From assembly GCF_030384885.1 (NCBI RefSeq), contig NZ_CP128613.1: DNA of 64,000 nucleotides, one strand, 5' to 3'. Source of the stretch: Escherichia coli (GTDB lineage: Bacteria; Pseudomonadota; Gammaproteobacteria; Enterobacterales; Enterobacteriaceae). Shown here piece by piece: positions 63,042 to 64,000 of the stretch; the stretch's first letter is position 1; the number at the start of each line of letters is the position of its first letter. A model generated the notes under the pieces. The model did not search any database and had not been told where the DNA came from. It worked only from the letters and a program-made list of their open reading frames with translations. A program made the translations under genes and the position numbers.

Positions 63042-63335
63042 ATGAAAAAAATGTTGTTTTCTGCCGCTCTGGCAATGCTTATTACAGGATGTGCTCAACA
63101 GACGTTTACTGTTGGAAACAAACCGACAGCAGTAACACCAAAAGAAACCATCACCCATCATTTCTTCGTTTCGGGAATTGGACAGGAGAAAACTGTTGAT
63201 GCAGCCAAAATTTGTGGCGGCGCAGAAAATGTTGTTAAAACAGAAACCCAGCAAACATTCGTAAATGGATTGCTCGGTTTTATTACTTTAGGCATTTATA
63301 CTCCGCTGGAAGCGCGTGTGTATTGCTCACAATAA
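63042..63335 (+). CDS. bor: Bor lipoprotein (serum resistance)
   Basis: 97 aa from MKKMLFSAALAMLITGC (lipobox). Near-identical to lambda Bor as I recall it, and on the strand opposite the lysis genes as in lambda. Confidence 0.92.
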   Translation: MKKMLFSAALAMLITGCAQQTFTVGNKPTAVTPKETITHHFFVSGIGQEKTVDAAKICGGAENVVKTETQQTFVNGLLGFITLGIYTPLEARVYCSQ

Positions 63336-63366
63336 TTGCATGAGTTGCCCATCGATATGGGCAGCT

Positions 63367-63828
63367 CTATCTGCACTGCTCATTAATATACTTCTGGGTT
63401 CCTTCCAGTTGTTTTTGCATCGTGATCAGCCTCTCTCTGAGGGTGAAATAATCCCGTTCAGCGGTGTCTGCCAGTCGGGGGGAGGCTGCATTATCCACGC
63501 CGGAGGCGGTGGTGGCTTCACGCACTGACTGACAGACTGCTTTGATGTGCAACCGACGACGACCAGCGGCAACATCATCACGCAGAGCATCATTTTCAGC
63601 TTTCGCATCAGCTAACTCCTTCGTGTATTTTGCATCGAGCGCAGCAACATCACGCTGACGCATCTGCATGTCAGTAATTGCCACGTTCGCCAGCTTCAGT
63701 TCTCTGGCATTTTTGTCGCGCTGGGCTTTGTATGTAATGGCGTTATCACGGTAATGATTAACCGCCCATGACAGACAGACGATGATGCAGATAACCAGAG
63801 CGGAGATAATCGCGGTTAATCTGTTCAT
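63367..63828 (-). CDS. Rz: i-spanin Rz
   Basis: 153-aa ORF with an N-terminal TM and a coiled coil. Matches lambda Rz. Confidence 0.92.
   Translation of the reverse strand: MNRLTAIISALVICIIVCLSWAVNHYRDNAITYKAQRDKNARELKLANVAITDMQMRQRDVAALDAKYTKELADAKAENDALRDDVAAGRRRLHIKAVCQSVREATTASGVDNAASPRLADTAERDYFTLRERLITMQKQLEGTQKYINEQCR
63426..63608 (-). CDS. Rz1: o-spanin Rz1 (embedded in Rz in the +1 frame)
   Basis: 60-aa ORF with lipobox VVGC and a proline-rich body. Matches lambda Rz1 and lies entirely inside Rz. Confidence 0.9.
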   Translation of the reverse strand: MRKLKMMLCVMMLPLVVVGCTSKQSVSQCVKPPPPPAWIMQPPPDWQTPLNGIISPSERG

Positions 63829-64000
63829 ACCTCAATCTCTCTGACCGTTCCGCCCGCTTCTTTGAATTTTGCAATCAGGCTGTCAGCCTTATGCTCGAAC
63901 TGACCATAACCAGCGCCCGGCAGTGAAGCCCAGATATTGCTGCAACGGTCGATAGCCTGACGAATATCACCGCGATCAATCATCGGTAAAGCGCCACGCT
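63825..64000 (-). CDS. R: Lambda R-type endolysin (transglycosylase), C-terminal part only; 5' end lies outside the window
   Basis: The reverse-strand translation ...[57 protein letters not shown] matches the lambda R C-terminus. Its stop codon overlaps the Rz ATG. Confidence 0.88.
   Translation of the reverse strand, partial: RGALPMIDRGDIRQAIDRCSNIWASLPGAGYGQFEHKADSLIAKFKEAGGTVREIEV

Larger units (their letters stand above)
54866..64000 (-). mobile_element. Decayed prophage integrated at thrW, continuing beyond the right window edge (lambda-type lysis/bor, HK97-type packaging, Mu-type tail remnants)
   Basis: Gene order on the minus strand is R-Rz/Rz1-(bor)-HNH-TerS-TerL-portal'-tail'-N'::'pin-cargo-attR. 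Two in-frame or out-of-frame deletion junctions are present. Capsid, tail and baseplate genes are missing. Confidence 0.85.

Overview
The window is an Escherichia coli chromosomal segment. It is collinear with the K-12 yahL-to-yagU region but inverted relative to the K-12 map, and it comes from a non-K-12 strain. All identifications rest on reading the translated ORFs and on recalled K-12, lambda and Mu sequences; no searches were run.

Core genes, left to right:
- yahL, yahK
- yahJ-yahI-yahG-yahF-yahE-yahD, then yahC, yahB, pdeL (yahA)
- betT / betIBA
- a decayed ykgH
- ykgGFE (LutCBA-like)
- rclR / rclABC
- ykgA
- an intact eaeH (fdeC) adhesin
- ykgR, the Zur-regulated ykgM-ykgO pair, ykgL
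- the ecpRABCDE pilus operon
- ykgJ and yagU

Strain-specific insertions relative to K-12:
- A sugar-type ABC transporter plus an ASCH-domain gene between yahK and yahJ (2.2-7.3 kb).
- An intact aldo-keto reductase divergent from ykgA (31.9-32.8 kb).
- A redox/hydrolase block at 38.8-43.6 kb: a truncated AKR, a secreted 118-aa protein, and a LysR regulator divergent from a Cys-type alpha/beta hydrolase and an OYE flavin reductase.
- From 54.7 kb to the window end, a tandem thrW integration scar followed by a heavily deleted prophage.

The prophage has a lambda-type lysis cassette and bor, HNH/TerS/TerL and an HK97-type portal, plus Mu-type tail remnants. It is dead: it carries a portal::tail fusion and a Mu-N::Pin fusion. 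It still holds two AT-rich cassettes that look self-contained.

The most interesting element is an orphan 447-aa gene (55352-56695) sitting in the cargo slot next to attR. It has a restriction-endonuclease-like D...QxK core. I flag it as a candidate undescribed single-gene anti-phage system. No CRISPR array, rRNA gene or intact tRNA gene was seen.
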